Part shown: positions 38,355-50,463 of the stretch, one piece after another
How the letters are laid out: the number at the start of each line of letters is the position of its first letter
How positions within the stretch are numbered: position 1 is the first letter of the stretch
Origin: Cladosporium halotolerans
Taxonomy: Eukaryota
Direction: 5' to 3'
NCBI RefSeq assembly: GCF_011745625.1
Contig: NW_027191481.1
Coordinates: 62,001 to 126,000, forward strand
DNA: 64,000 nt
Position numbers and translations under genes: made by a program
Notes under the pieces: generated by a model
Told to the model about the DNA's origin: nothing
Database searches by the model: none
What the model saw: only the letters and a program-made list of their open reading frames with translations

Positions 38355-38965
38355 AGCATCTCTCGGAGGCAGGAAGAAGGCAGCTTTTTATTGACGATTC
38401 TTGGTGTGTTCTGAGAGCGTCTAGCCCACAGTCCAAGATGCGAGTGATTGAGCAGGTATTTGCCTATGGGGATAGTATAACGATGAAGTTGCCATTTGCA
38501 AGATATGCGGGATGTTAGTTGGTCGTGTTCTGTCATTTTGGTCTGTGGTTAAGGCGTGCGTGAATAATCTTCTCAAAATATGCTGGGATGAATAGCACCC
38601 ATTGGACGCTGTCATAGATTGAAACCGGCAGCAGCGGAACTAAAGTGAGAAAATGTCTTCGTTTGCGTATTCTCGTAAATGCTATCAATGTTCGTCAATT
38701 AAGCCCATCGTACCGAGACAAGAACAAGACCCCCAATCGCGTCGGAACGCCTTGCGTAGGAAAGAGAAGCTTAGAAATACAATTCGTCGTATAAAAAAAA
38801 AGGCGAGAAATGTAAGAAAAGGTGGATCTTTCTCCCGTGCGGCGTCGTGAAGTAGAAGAACGGTCCGTGTTCCATCTCCCTAGATCTTTTCTGATCGTCG
38901 TCCCGCTCGTGAATAATTTTCTCTTTGGTCGAAAAAAAAAAGAAAGGGGTAGATCACGATCCCGC

Positions 38966-39605
38966 TCAAGAGCCCTGCCTCGCCTTCTCTGCGCAGATCA
39001 TGGCGATGATACGGCTCAGCTCGGCGGACTGCGCGGCGTGCTCCTTGACGACGGCCTCGTCGACGGTCTCGGACTTGGACAGGTCGGCGGTCGTCTTCAG
39101 CATGCGGTTCTGCAGGGCCAGCATCTTCTGCAGCGTGTTGTCGAGGAAGGGCGCGGAGAAGGAGATGGATTGGCCGTTGCCGCTGTTCGGCAGGCGCATC
39201 TCGAGCTTGCGCGGCTGCTTCTTGCCGTTCTCCACAACTTCTTGCGGCTGTTGCTGCTGGGGCTTTTGGCTGGAGGGGTGGATATCAGTATGCCGTCGTC
39301 ACGTGGCTTGCAGGTGGGATGAATTTCGCTTACCGCTCGACGAATGTGATGCTCTCGGCCATCTCGGCGACACGGTTGGCAATGCGCGAGGCCATGATGG
39401 CGTAGGCGCCGCCGACGCCGTTGGCGTACGAGGAGTGGTCACCGCCGGCGACGGAGGCGGCCTTGTTCTGCACGGGGCGCGCTTTCTGGGCGGCGCGGTT
39501 GGCGTTGGGTGCGGCTCTCTTGACGGGTGCTCGCGAGGGCGCGACCTTCTTGGGTGTGACGCCGTTCGCCTTGGGCGCACCGTTCACCTGGGGTTTGGAG
39601 GCCAT
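38966..39605 (-). CDS. Hypothetical protein with basic N-terminus (intron 39270-39333)
   Basis: Two ORFs joined in frame by GTAAGC..CTGAT..CAG (VER|QKPQQQQPQEVVENGK); coding-like codon usage; no recognised domain. Confidence 0.65.
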
Positions 39606-41051
39606 GTCGGAGGCGGAGGTGGAGTTGTGGTGGGTGGGGTGTGTGTGTGTGCGTGCCGGCCAGTTGCGACGGGGGGAGTGGTGGCTTTAGATATGCGTCG
39701 GATGCCAGAGGTGGTCGCAGGTGGAGGAGGCTCTGGGGTTTATGCGCGGAGGGTGGTGGGAATAGTGTTTGAGAGGTAGTAAGGTAGGCAGGTAGAGTGA
39801 GCCAGCACGGCGCGGTCTAGAGGGGAATAGAAGGGCTGGGTCGGATTCGATGCACCGGGTCGGCCACGCAGGCATTCGGACAGGGTGAGAGGTGACGCCA
39901 CAGGCGGGCGGGCAGTACGTCACATTGCGGAGCAAAACAAGAAGCCTGCGCGGTGGTGACAGGGATGCCGTCGACACTTGCAGCAGCGAAGCGCCCCAGC
40001 CACAGACGCCGCCCGCGAGTCGCGTGTGGTGGTTGACGATGTGCATCTACATCGACATGGCGACATCTCTGCGCGCGGTGCGGCTGCTGGTCGAGCGACG
40101 TTGCTATCGGCGCTTGGACGTCGCATGAAGCTCTCACCAAACGGCCGCCGTTGACTCTTGCGCGCCCGGATCTCGCGATCCGTGGGAGAAGGATCGGCGA
40201 AGCGTGCCGCGCCAGCCTTTTTGCCTTCGCCGCCCTCGCCCAGTCCCAAGACTGTTCCAGACTGTCCGCCGCCATACCGTCGACGTGAAGACCGCCAAAC
40301 TCAACCGCGCTCTCCTCTTGATTTCGGTGGCATCGCTAGCCATTCCTGACCACGTGGCCGCGCTGGTCTGGCTTGCTTGTGGATCCGCGTTACATGTATC
40401 CAAACTCTCTTCACATGCTGAGTGAAGACTGTACATGATTTCACAACACCACTGCCCTGCTTGATCGACGGGGACTGTACTCTTCTGTCCATGGCCTCCA
40501 AGGCCCAGAGCAGCATCCCGGCGATAGAGTTAGATCGCCATTGGACGACATGCAGCTGCCCTCCGCTACATGCAACAGGGTCTTCTCAATCTCAGTGGGC
40601 GTCAAAGTAACACAGCAAGTCGCTGCGCAGTAGGATGCCCGCGCAGGAGCGCACCGCATGTATCCCTGCAATTCGACGCCTTTGCCGCCTTTTTCGTCGA
40701 ATGACACATCTTCACATCAGTCCCTTGGACAGCCCAGCCGTCATGGTGATCTGCACCTGCAAGGATCCCGTGTGATTGTCGAGGGTTCGACTGTGGCGGT
40801 GCGCGCTTCGACGTCACCCCTCCCTGCTGCCAGGGATCTGATCGGAGGGATGCATCTAGAATCTTGCCAGAGCTCGCAACACCTCGCCTGCCTGCCATAT
40901 CGTGTCTTTACCATACACACGCCAGTAGCTGTCCAAGCATAACGCCACGCCACTACTTTCGCTTGGTCTAAATCATACACCAGCCAAACATCTCACCAAG
41001 CAATCTCTCACTCCATTCTACGCGGCCACCAGGCCCAAACCACCGCCCACC

Positions 41052-41845
41052 ATGGTCTCCTACGTAAAGAACTACATCCAAGACCAGGCCATGGGCTACC
41101 TGCACACCGGCATCACCGCCGCAGGCACCATGGCCGGCAACGCCGTCGGCGGCGTCGGCGGCCTCATCGAATCCGGCGGCCGTTCCATAGGCGAAGGTAC
41201 CTCAGGTCTGTCTCACCGCGCACTAACGCTCCACTGACCGCATCCCCTCGTTGATACCCAGGCATCGCAGGCTCCATCTCCGGCGTCGGCGGCTCCATCA
41301 ACAACTACGGCGACGGCATCCGCAACAAGTTCGCCGCCGACGGCTACGTCGGCGCCTCCGCTTCGCAGAAGGCGAAACGCGAGCCGAGCGAGGCCAGCAA
41401 GCCGTACGGCATGAAAGGCTTACCGGACGCAGGGGCTGCAGGGGCGTATGTCACGAACGCTTCGCGGAAAGTCCTGCCCGGCTCCGCGCAGCCAAAGCCC
41501 TCCGCGGCGGCGACGAAGCAAGTCCGCAGCGCAGGCTCCAAGCCCGTCGGCGCGACGAAGGCACCGCAGAAAGCCCTCCCAGCGCCCGGGGGCGCAAAGA
41601 AACCTCTCCCCGCTGCCACTGGTGCTTCCAAGGGAGTGACGGGAGCCGCGAGGGCGCCGGCGGCCAACAAGCCCAAGGTCGGTCCGGCGGCTGGACGGGG
41701 GCCCACGGGCACGCCGAAGCCTGCGCCGCCGACACCTGCATCGAAAGGCGTGACGACGGGCAAGAAGCCTGTGTTGGCGGGCCAGAAGACGACTATCAGC
41801 GCTGCTAGTCGGCCGAGGGCTACGAAGAAGCCGGTGCTGAACTGA
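41052..41845 (+). CDS. Hypothetical protein: Gly-rich N-terminal half, Lys/Ala/Pro-rich basic tail (intron 41197-41261)
   Basis: CACC-ATG start; GTACCT..CTGAC..CAG intron joins ORF 41052 in frame to ORF 41411-41845. Confidence 0.7.
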
Positions 41846-42257
41846 GGGTATGTGAAATAATTCTTGCGGGGTTTGGTTTTATGAAAAGGATGATTATGGA
41901 TATGGGGTAACGATCTTTCTGTAACTCTTGCGGCGTTCGAGAACGGATTTGTTCTGGCTTCAGATCTTGCGACTTTTGTGTTGCGAGGACGACGATTGTA
42001 TGGTAGCAGGATGGCCTGCTTGCTGGAGGAGGGTTCGGAAAAAAACGGATACTGTTATAATCACTGAATTACTACCCGATGTTCACCACAGACACAGCTG
42101 CTTTCGAAAACCCACCACCACTCGTCCCGTCACAGGCCCTCCGCAGCACCCTTCAAAATGCTAGCCTGAGGCTCGTCCTTAGATTAAGCTTCATTTAACC
42201 TTACCCGTCCGCCCACGCCCGCAACAAATTCCATTCATTCACCCTGCGGAAAAGAGC

Positions 42258-43475
42258 CTAACCCTTGCTCACTCCCCTCCCCACCCTCTCCGTCTCACCC
42301 TCCCTCTCCCCAACCGTATACACCGATCCCTCCGTCTCCCCGGCCCCATCCCTCCTCACCCTCTCGAACCCCGCCCACCGCCTCCCCTCCTCCACCGCCC
42401 GATTCCTCGCCGCAGCCTCCACCGTCGTGCCCCGCGTAGGCGTGTACGGCCGCGGCGTCGGGCTGCGCCAGCTCGCCTCGCTCCGCGCAGACCGTCGAGA
42501 GCTCTGGCCCGGTGGCGGAGGAGCCCGGCGCGAGACTCTCGAGGTCCCACTGCGGACTGAAGCCGCAGTCGAGGGAATCCCCTCTGGGCGCAGCGTCGAG
42601 GACGCGTAGAATGGCATCGCCGGGCGGTTTTGGCCCTGCTGATCGTACTGTTGCTCGCGCCCCTGCGACTCCATCTGCCGCCTCAGATCCTGCTCGTACG
42701 AGTCCAGCGACGCGAGCAGCGCCTCGTGCAGGTCTTGCGCGTCTTGCTCTTGCTGCTGAGAGGAGGATTGCGTCGCGGAGAGAGCGAGGGCGGCGGCGGT
42801 TTCGCGGCGCTCGAGCTCGGTTTCGAGGGTGCGGATTCGGGTGCGGGCGTGCTGGAGGGCGAGGGCGCGGGCGGTTGCGGGTTGAGGGTTTTGGTGTTGG
42901 GGTTGGGGTTGGGGTTGGGTGGGGTTGACTTCGGTGATGTTTTGTTGTTCCCAGGCTGAGGCGGGCGCGGTGGGGTCGTTGTTGTAGAGGGAGGCGGTTT
43001 GGGAGGTGGGGTGAGGGGGGTAGGGGGTTTGAGGGGTTGGGACTTGGTATTGGGGGATTGGTTGAGGGTTGATGAATGGCTGTTGTGGGTATTGTTGCTG
43101 GGTCTGAGTGTATGGGTTCGCGGCTGTGAAGGCGTCGTAGGAGGCTTGCTGGGGAGGTTGTCCTCCTAAAGCGCCCTGACCAGCTAACAGATCCTGATAT
43201 TGCTGCTGTTGAGGGGGCAATGCTTGGTCAAAAGGCACTTGTTGCTGCGGGTATTGGACGCGTGGCTGAGGAGCAAAATCCTGCTGGGCGCTTTGCTGTC
43301 CCATTTGTGGGTGTTGAGAATACATTGCGTTGAGATCGGGTGTTGATTGCGTGGGACCGGGCATGGGCATGGATTGGCCGTCGTGCGGCATTTGCGGGTG
43401 CTGAGGGCCCGGTGGTTGATATTGGAAGTCTTGCTGTGGCCATTGAAATGGGTTTGGTTGCTGCTGGTTATCCAT
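42258..43475 (-). CDS. Hypothetical Gln/Pro-rich low-complexity protein with central coiled coil
   Basis: Open frame from ATG 43475 ('MDNQQQPNPFQWPQQ'); Q/P/Y-rich N-terminal half, 'RIRTLETELERRE' coiled coil, R/S-rich tail. Confidence 0.55.
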   Translation of the reverse strand: MDNQQQPNPFQWPQQDFQYQPPGPQHPQMPHDGQSMPMPGPTQSTPDLNAMYSQHPQMGQQSAQQDFAPQPRVQYPQQQVPFDQALPPQQQQYQDLLAGQGALGGQPPQQASYDAFTAANPYTQTQQQYPQQPFINPQPIPQYQVPTPQTPYPPHPTSQTASLYNNDPTAPASAWEQQNITEVNPTQPQPQPQHQNPQPATARALALQHARTRIRTLETELERRETAAALALSATQSSSQQQEQDAQDLHEALLASLDSYEQDLRRQMESQGREQQYDQQGQNRPAMPFYASSTLRPEGIPSTAASVRSGTSRVSRRAPPPPGQSSRRSARSEASWRSPTPRPYTPTRGTTVEAAARNRAVEEGRRWAGFERVRRDGAGETEGSVYTVGEREGETERVGRGVSKG

Positions 43476-43918
43476 GGAGATTGCTTGATGGGGTTGTTCT
43501 CGCAGTTTCGTAGGTGACTCGTAACCAACTACGCTGCGAATGCTGTCTGAAAATCGGTTTGGTTGAGTAAGATGACATGGAAGTCCTTCGACGAGCATTG
43601 CAGCAAACGTCAAGCGCACTGGGTCGAGCTTCTTGATGCTATTCAATGCTGAGAAACCAGCTTGGTCTTTGGAGAAAAGTGGTGAAGAAGGAACACCAAT
43701 CCGTGAATGTGGCTTTGCGGTCATCGCGATCATGTGTGCTGTTCCAGTTAAGTAAAACTCAATCATTATAAAGGGTATCTCGCCTCGTCTCATCGTATCA
43801 TAAAAACACGCCAAGCAGCTATCGTAGCGACTGGCAACTTCATCAGAACCTCCGAAAACTGGTCAGTGGCTCAATCTTCTCCATGAATACAAAAATGATA
43901 CTCCCTCTCAGGCAGGGC

Positions 43919-45829
43919 TCAATCGTCCTCGTCAACATTGAACCCGAATCTTGCGTCCATATCGCCCCTCTCACCTCGGCAAGGCAATCTGGTTTCCCTC
44001 CCCAGAACGAAATCCAGCACCTCACTCCTTGGTTCAAGATACCGTCGAGCACACCATCCGACGGGCGTTGCGTAAATCTTATTCTTCCCTTCTGCATCCA
44101 GAGCAGTTGAGCGCAGATACAAGAGCTGATTGCGGGAGTCTTCGCGCTCGTAGATCTTGTCGCTGATTCCGAAAGCGATGAGGCGAAGCTTGGCTGGAGG
44201 GAGCAGGGTCTCGATTCCAGAGGCCGAATCCGAGCTTGTGTTGGGAGGCTGCGCGGGAGGGATGATGGAGATCGACATGTCGGCGGATGGGGTACGCTTG
44301 GAAGCTAATTCGAACAGACGGGTGGACGCTGCCTGTAAGAGCTGCTCGTAGACGGAGCGCGGGAGGAGCTGTGTGCTTGGCTTATTGCTGGGCCATGTTG
44401 TGATGTGCAGAGTTACGAGGTTACGAAGCTTCGCGACCGCGTGCTCGAACGCACACCATTCCTCACTCGGTGAGCGGATGAGCGACCTGTTAGGCCATGC
44501 GCAGCTCAGCTGCTCTAGATGACTCGTGGCGGAGCAGATCTTATCAAATTCTTCCATGTCGTATACCAGTTCTTCCGCATCGCAGGACATGTCTCCAACA
44601 AGGGGTGTCGAGCTGCCCTCGCCAGAACAGTGGATGTTCAGCAGCTCGAGCGTCTTGTGGTGACGAACGATACCAGCTACGGCCGGCAAAGTTTTGACAT
44701 TCTGCAGGTCGATGATCAGATCGTTGAGACCAGAGACAAGACACAAGAAACCTTCGAGAGCGAGCAGGGCTTCGTTCTCCGTATTGTCCTTGTGCTGGAG
44801 CTCCAGCACGTGCAACTTTCTAGGTAGGTGCGCCGCACGGCTGAGCTGGCCCAGGAGCGAGTCTACGCCTGGACAGTGGTAGATGCGTAGACATTGCATC
44901 TTGTGGAAGTCGACGAATTTACACCATGTATCCGCACAGTATCGAAGACTGATACGGTGTAGGCGCAGAGACGTCAAATTTTGGAATTTTGTGCAGGATT
45001 CGAATGGCATGAAGTGACCGAACAGTGTCCTTGCGAGAAGACCGGGGCCAGTGGCTGTATCATTGAGCTCGCGAACGCTCACATCGCTTCTAGACGGGCT
45101 ATGATCGTCGATTGTCTCGAAATGCGCATGTATGATGAGCTCCTCGAGCTTCTCTGTGGTCTTCTCGACAAAGTAGCGGCCAAGGTTCAGACTCTCTCTA
45201 TTCTCCGGATATAATGCCAGTTTGCGAGCGTTGTCGAACAAGTTCTTCTCAATGTTTGGGTTCTTCTTGAGCTCCTCAAGGATCGGACGATCCATGTCCA
45301 TAGCTTCGAGCCACTTCATTCCTTTCTGCCTCCGATACAGCAGCATCATGTTCTCCGCCGAGAACGGCCGCCATGGGCACCAGCTGTCACCCAAGTTAGC
45401 AAATGTCAGGTATACACAGAGAGCGCACCGTGGCTTCTCTCACGTCTCAGTAAAGCCGCACCTGAACTCCTCGAGGATGTTCTCAGGCAAGAACTCCAGC
45501 AGCATGCGCGTCGACAACGTCGCCTGCTGCTCCTGATTGCATCGGTCTGACTTGTTGGCGAGATACAGCCGAACTTGCCGAATATGCTGGAGGCCGATAT
45601 TGCGCGGGTTCAGCAGCGCCGGCATGAAGTTGTCGTTAACGCTGCCTAGGTCCAGGCTGACGTCGTGGTAGAGGAAGCGCACGGCGAGCTCGTGCAGCTC
45701 CTTCGACACGAGACAGACATTTTTGAGGTCGGATGGCCGCGTTATCTGCTCGATGATGCTGCTTTTGAGCTCGCTGGAGAGAGACTGGAAGGTTTTCTTG
45801 CTCGGTTTGGCCACGGCCGTGACCGGCAT
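43919..45829 (-). CDS. F-box / LRR-like domain protein (intron 45384-45461)
   Basis: F-box 'FQSLSSELKSSIIEQITRPSDLKNVCLVSKELHELAVRFLYHDVSL'; intron GTGCGG..GCTAAC..CAG gives 'LEEFSWCPW'; LxxLxL repeats downstream. Confidence 0.8.
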
Positions 45830-46412
45830 GGCAGGAACTATTGTTTCCGGCGAGGTAGTGTGATCAGTCCGGACCTGTTCGGCAATGGTACACATCTTCC
45901 GTTTGAGCTTGGTTTATTCAGCTCCAGGCAGCCAGTTAGCTTGCCTACTCGGTTCAGAGGAAGTGAGTCGTATACGCGAGAGTCGAGGTGGGAAGGACTG
46001 GTCTCGCGGGTCCTTGGCTGTAAGGGCGGGTTGCATCGGCAAGCAAGTGAACGAAGAAAGAAGGCAAAGTAATGTATGCGCTGGTGAGTGACCATAAAGG
46101 CAAGGCTGTGCCGGGCGCAGCCAGCCTGCAGCCTGCATGAGACGCGCCATGTGCGTGAGCTTTACGTTCCCTGTTTCCATTGGTGAAACGAGGTCCCCGG
46201 TCAACGCGGGGCTGTCACATGCATGACCATTCGCTGGTTGAAAGAATTGAGTACATATTCCATTTTCAGTGAATGCATCAGTACATACGCGTGCATTCCA
46301 GGGTAGTCTTACTACTATGCCGCCTTGAATGAGCACTGTCAGATAAGTGAACCATACCTGTATATGGATACGGAAAATGGCAGGGAAAAGGCAGCCATAT
46401 CGTGCTCCGAGA

Positions 46413-47336
46413 TCACTTTGAAACAGCTTGTAGGACTGCCTTTGTCTTACGATCTCTTTCTGCTGTATCGATCACACCGTACGCCTTTTCGGTTTGGCGG
46501 AACACATCATCTTGCCATGTGCGACCAACCTCAATACCGCCTTGCTTCACATCATTGTCGCTAGCATCCCAGCACTCTTGCACTGTGCCTCCAATCTTCT
46601 GCATGAAGCTTTCCAACCCACCTTCACCTCCACCAGCATGGTAGCTTTTGAAGGGGCCAGCCACAGTCCAGCGAGGGCCCATGGACGCCTGCACTACTGA
46701 GTCCAGATCTTCTACGCTCACTACTCCTTGCGCAACAAGGCTGCAAGCCTCACGGAGAAGCGCAAACGCGAGACGGTTCGCGACGAAGCCGGTACACTCC
46801 TTCCGGATGACGACAGGCACTCGGCCCAAGCCTCTCCAGTACTCCAGCGTCCGGTCAACTACTTCTTGAGAAGTCACAGACGATGGAACAACTTCGAGCA
46901 ATGGCATGATGTGCGGCGGATTGTAGGGATGTACGACCACCAACCGAGACTTATCTTGCATGTCCTTGCTCTGCTCAGAAGCCACTATGCCGGACGTGCT
47001 CGACCAGAACAGCGCAGCTTCCGGCGCGTGCTGCTCGATCTTTGGCCATATGCTCCTCTTGAAGTCTGCGTTCTCGGGCCCTTGCTCTTGCACGATACTG
47101 GCATCTTTGACTGCTTCTGCGAGGTCTTGAACAATTCGAAGGCGGCTCAGGCAGTCGGCTTGGTCGACGTCGACCAGATACCCTGGGAGCTTGGACTCGA
47201 TGTATTGTTCAAGGTTGGGTCTCGTATCGAAAATGCTGACATTGCTCCTGGGGTTTTTGGTAAGGTGGAGAGCGGCAAAGGAGAGGCCGATCGTGCCGGC
47301 GCCAATTATGGCCACTCGATTGTTGGAAGTGCTCAT
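46413..47336 (-). CDS. 3-hydroxyacyl-CoA dehydrogenase family (L-carnitine dehydrogenase / lambda-crystallin-like)
   Basis: Rossmann 'VAIIGAGTIG', 'VQEQGPE..K', 'SSTSG', 'HPYNPPHIMPLLEVVP', 'GFVANRL', 'MGPRW..GPF'. Confidence 0.9.
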   Translation of the reverse strand: MSTSNNRVAIIGAGTIGLSFAALHLTKNPRSNVSIFDTRPNLEQYIESKLPGYLVDVDQADCLSRLRIVQDLAEAVKDASIVQEQGPENADFKRSIWPKIEQHAPEAALFWSSTSGIVASEQSKDMQDKSRLVVVHPYNPPHIMPLLEVVPSSVTSQEVVDRTLEYWRGLGRVPVVIRKECTGFVANRLAFALLREACSLVAQGVVSVEDLDSVVQASMGPRWTVAGPFKSYHAGGGEGGLESFMQKIGGTVQECWDASDNDVKQGGIEVGRTWQDDVFRQTEKAYGVIDTAERDRKTKAVLQAVSK

Positions 47337-47887
47337 GACGGTGCAGCGTAAGGATCATCGGGTATGCGGAAAGACAGGAAATGCTAACCGCTGTTCAGAA
47401 CAGCTCCAGGTGAGATGTGGGGTGACTGGACATGACCATTTAACCGCCGAGATATCCAGTTCTCTCACCTTGTCGGAGCTCTACCACAGGCCCTCCAACC
47501 AATGCTACAAAGCAGTCAAGATATGAGAAATGGTATCTGATCAGATTCCAGTCAGGTGTGACGCTACACAAGATGTCCACTCGTGTAACTTGATCTCTTG
47601 ATCTGTTTTGTGTCGCCAGCGCAGAGGTGGAGTCGATCAAGCTGTGGTTCGCTTGCCCCACCTCTCCGCATCTCAGCGGCGTTCTTGTGCTGCCTTCTCC
47701 AACTCCACCTGCATCTTCCATGACCGAGGCACAGAGGATGTCCAATGCGGGCACCACGCGCAGCCGGCACCCACGCGACCTGCGCCGTAGAATCAAAGAA
47801 AACTATCTCTAAGTATCGCTAAACGTTTTCGTTGTTACACAGCATTCTCTTACTACACAAGTTCCATCTACATCCTCTAGATTGACC

Positions 47888-49715
47888 ATGCCGTTCCAGA
47901 GCTTACAGAACGATATTCTACGTACGGAAATCCTTACAATTGCATAAAAACTTGCCTCTCCGTTGACCTCTTCCCTAGTCCCCCGCGACCTAACAACATG
48001 GCAATGGCTCTTCGAGCACCCAACGTACTCGCCCATATCCCGCTACCCATCCTCGCAACTCGCCGGCTACACAAACGCCATCACGAAAGAGCGCCTAAAC
48101 TGGCTCGAAGTCAAGCAAGCCGCGACGCACATCAGCACCGCGCTCGTCAAACGCTATGGGCTTCAGCCCGACAACACCGTCGCGCTCTTCAGCCAGAACA
48201 GCATCTGGTACCCCGTGGCGATGCACGCGACGCTGCGCGTCGGCGGCAAGGTGTCCGGCGCGAGCCCGGCGTACAACGTCGAGGAGATGACTTACGCGCT
48301 GAAGACGGCGGACGCGAAGTTCCTCATGACGCACCCGAATAGCATGCAGGTGGCGACGGAGGCGGCGAGGAACGCGGGTATTCCGAAGGAGAATTTGTTT
48401 TTATTGGAGGGGAGTATGGATGGTTATACGACTATCAAGGAGTTGATTGAGATGGGAAAGAAGGAGGGAGAGCAGGTGCCGTATTACAGGATTCCGGAGG
48501 GGAAGACTAACTTCGACATCTGTGAGTACTGTGGAATGACGCATCAGAGCGATTGCTGACATTACAGGTGGTTTCTTGTCGTTCAGTTCCGGGACCACGG
48601 GGCTGCCTAAGGCGGTAGGTCGTATTTCTTCTCGTTAGAAGGTGGCAAGCACTAACTTCTTCAAGGTCATGATTGCACACCAGAACGTGATCGCGCAATG
48701 CCTCCAGATCATCCAAATCACGCCCTCAGACCTCAAGCAAATCCTCGCCGTCCTCCCCTCCTTCCACATCACAGGCCTCGTCCACGCGCTACACCTTCCA
48801 GCTCTCATCAACGCCGAAGTGATCATGCTCCCCTCCTTCACCATGCGCTCCATGCTCGACACCGTCGTCGAGTACCAGCTCAAAGAGCTGCTCCTCGTTC
48901 CCCCCATCCTGATCCGGCTTGTCCGCGACCCCATCGTCGATGAGTACGATCTCAGCTTCTTGCGCCGCTTCTCCAGCGGCGCCGCCCCGCTTAGCGAAGA
49001 GATCCTGCAGCTTCTCAAGAAGAAGTTCCCGCAGACGGGCTTCAAGCAGGGCTACGGCATGACGGAGTCCTGCTCCTGCATCACCGCGCACCCGCCGAGC
49101 TTGTACGACTACTCCAACGCGCACGCGGTCGGCACGGTGTGTGCGAGCACAACGGTGAAGATCATGAAGGACGACGGGACGGAGGCGGGCGTTGGCGAGC
49201 CGGGTGAGATCTGGGCCAAGGGCCCGCAGATTGTGATGGGGTATTTGAATAATGAGAAGGCGACCCGCGAGACGTTCGATCAGGACGGGTATCTCCATAC
49301 GGGCGATCAGGGCTCTATCGACGAGAGGGGGCTTATTACGATTACGGACAGGATCAAGGAGATGATCAAGGTGAAGGGTATTGGTGTCGCGCCTGCGGAG
49401 CTCGAAGATCTGCTGCTCGGCCATCCGAAGATCAGCGATGTTGCTGTGCTGGGCATCAAGGACGACTACTCGGGCGAGGTGCCCAAGGCGTACATTGTGC
49501 CGAAGAGCGGTCAGACGGCTGGGAGGGAGCTGGGTTTGGAGCTGATCCGCTATGTGAAGGAGAAGAAGGTCAAGTACAAGGCGGTCAAGGAGATCGAGTT
49601 CATCGGTGAGATCCCGAAGAGCGCTTCTGGTAAGATTCTGAGGCGAGTGCTGAGGGATAAGGAGAAGGGTGGGGAGCGAGGTGTGGTGGTGAGAGAGGAG
49701 AAAGCGAAGATGTAG
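47888..49715 (+). CDS. AMP-dependent acyl-CoA ligase (4-coumarate / phenylacetyl-CoA ligase-like) with C-terminal PTS1 -AKM (introns 47922-47978, 48522-48567, 48615-48665)
   Basis: Spliced P-loop 'FSSGTTGLPKAV', 'QGYGMTES', 'LHTGD', 'DRIKEMIKVKG', 'IPKSASGKILRR'. Confidence 0.92.
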
Positions 49716-50463
49716 ATGGTTTGCGGAGTTGATGTTGCTGTTTAGACACGTCTGTCAACACAAGTCTCTATTGCACCGTGCGTCCAACCGTTCCAGGCTC
49801 AAGATGGACATCTTGCGAAGTACATCGGCGTGTGGTGCGGAATTCCAGGTTCAACACAGCACGTCCAGTACGACGCGTGGAAGCTTTCCCCGGGCTTTGT
49901 TTTGACGTCACGTGGCCACCCCGTCGCCGCTTGCGCTGGCTCGCGCAGCTGCCCCACGCGGCGCTGCCAAGGGCCTGCGGCAGCATATAAAGGCTGAGGC
50001 ATGCGCCTCGCGACTGGCCCCGGTGCCAAACAACGAAACGCCTGCGCGCATCCCATTCCGCCCGCCAAACACACACCACACACCACCACCCCACCGCGCA
50101 CACCCGACAATACCTCCTCCAGCCAACAATTGCCACCATCGCCCTTGATCGCGTGCATCCCGCCGCCTGCGCGCGTGCTAGCTCTCCGCATCCAGCAAAG
50201 CGCCTCTGGAAGCTCGGAAAGCAAGCTCCCGTCCTACCACTCGTAGCATCTGGCAGTGCTCACTCCGCACTTGTGAATGAACGTGCCTCTTGCCTCGTGA
50301 CGTGTAGATGGCTGCCGCCTACATGCGGCTGTGAACCACACCACGCGCCTGCCTTCCCTGCATTCCATCGCGCCGACCAAATGCCCCGGCCAAAGCATGT
50401 GACCGACCAATAAACTGCGCCAACCCCAACCCAAACCCACACACTCTTACCTCCACCACACCA

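Noticed and set aside
43476..43814. N-terminal extension of the 518-aa ORF upstream of ATG 43475
   Set aside because: Starts at a non-ATG codon, has non-coding-like composition and runs into the probable 3' UTR of the upstream F-box gene.
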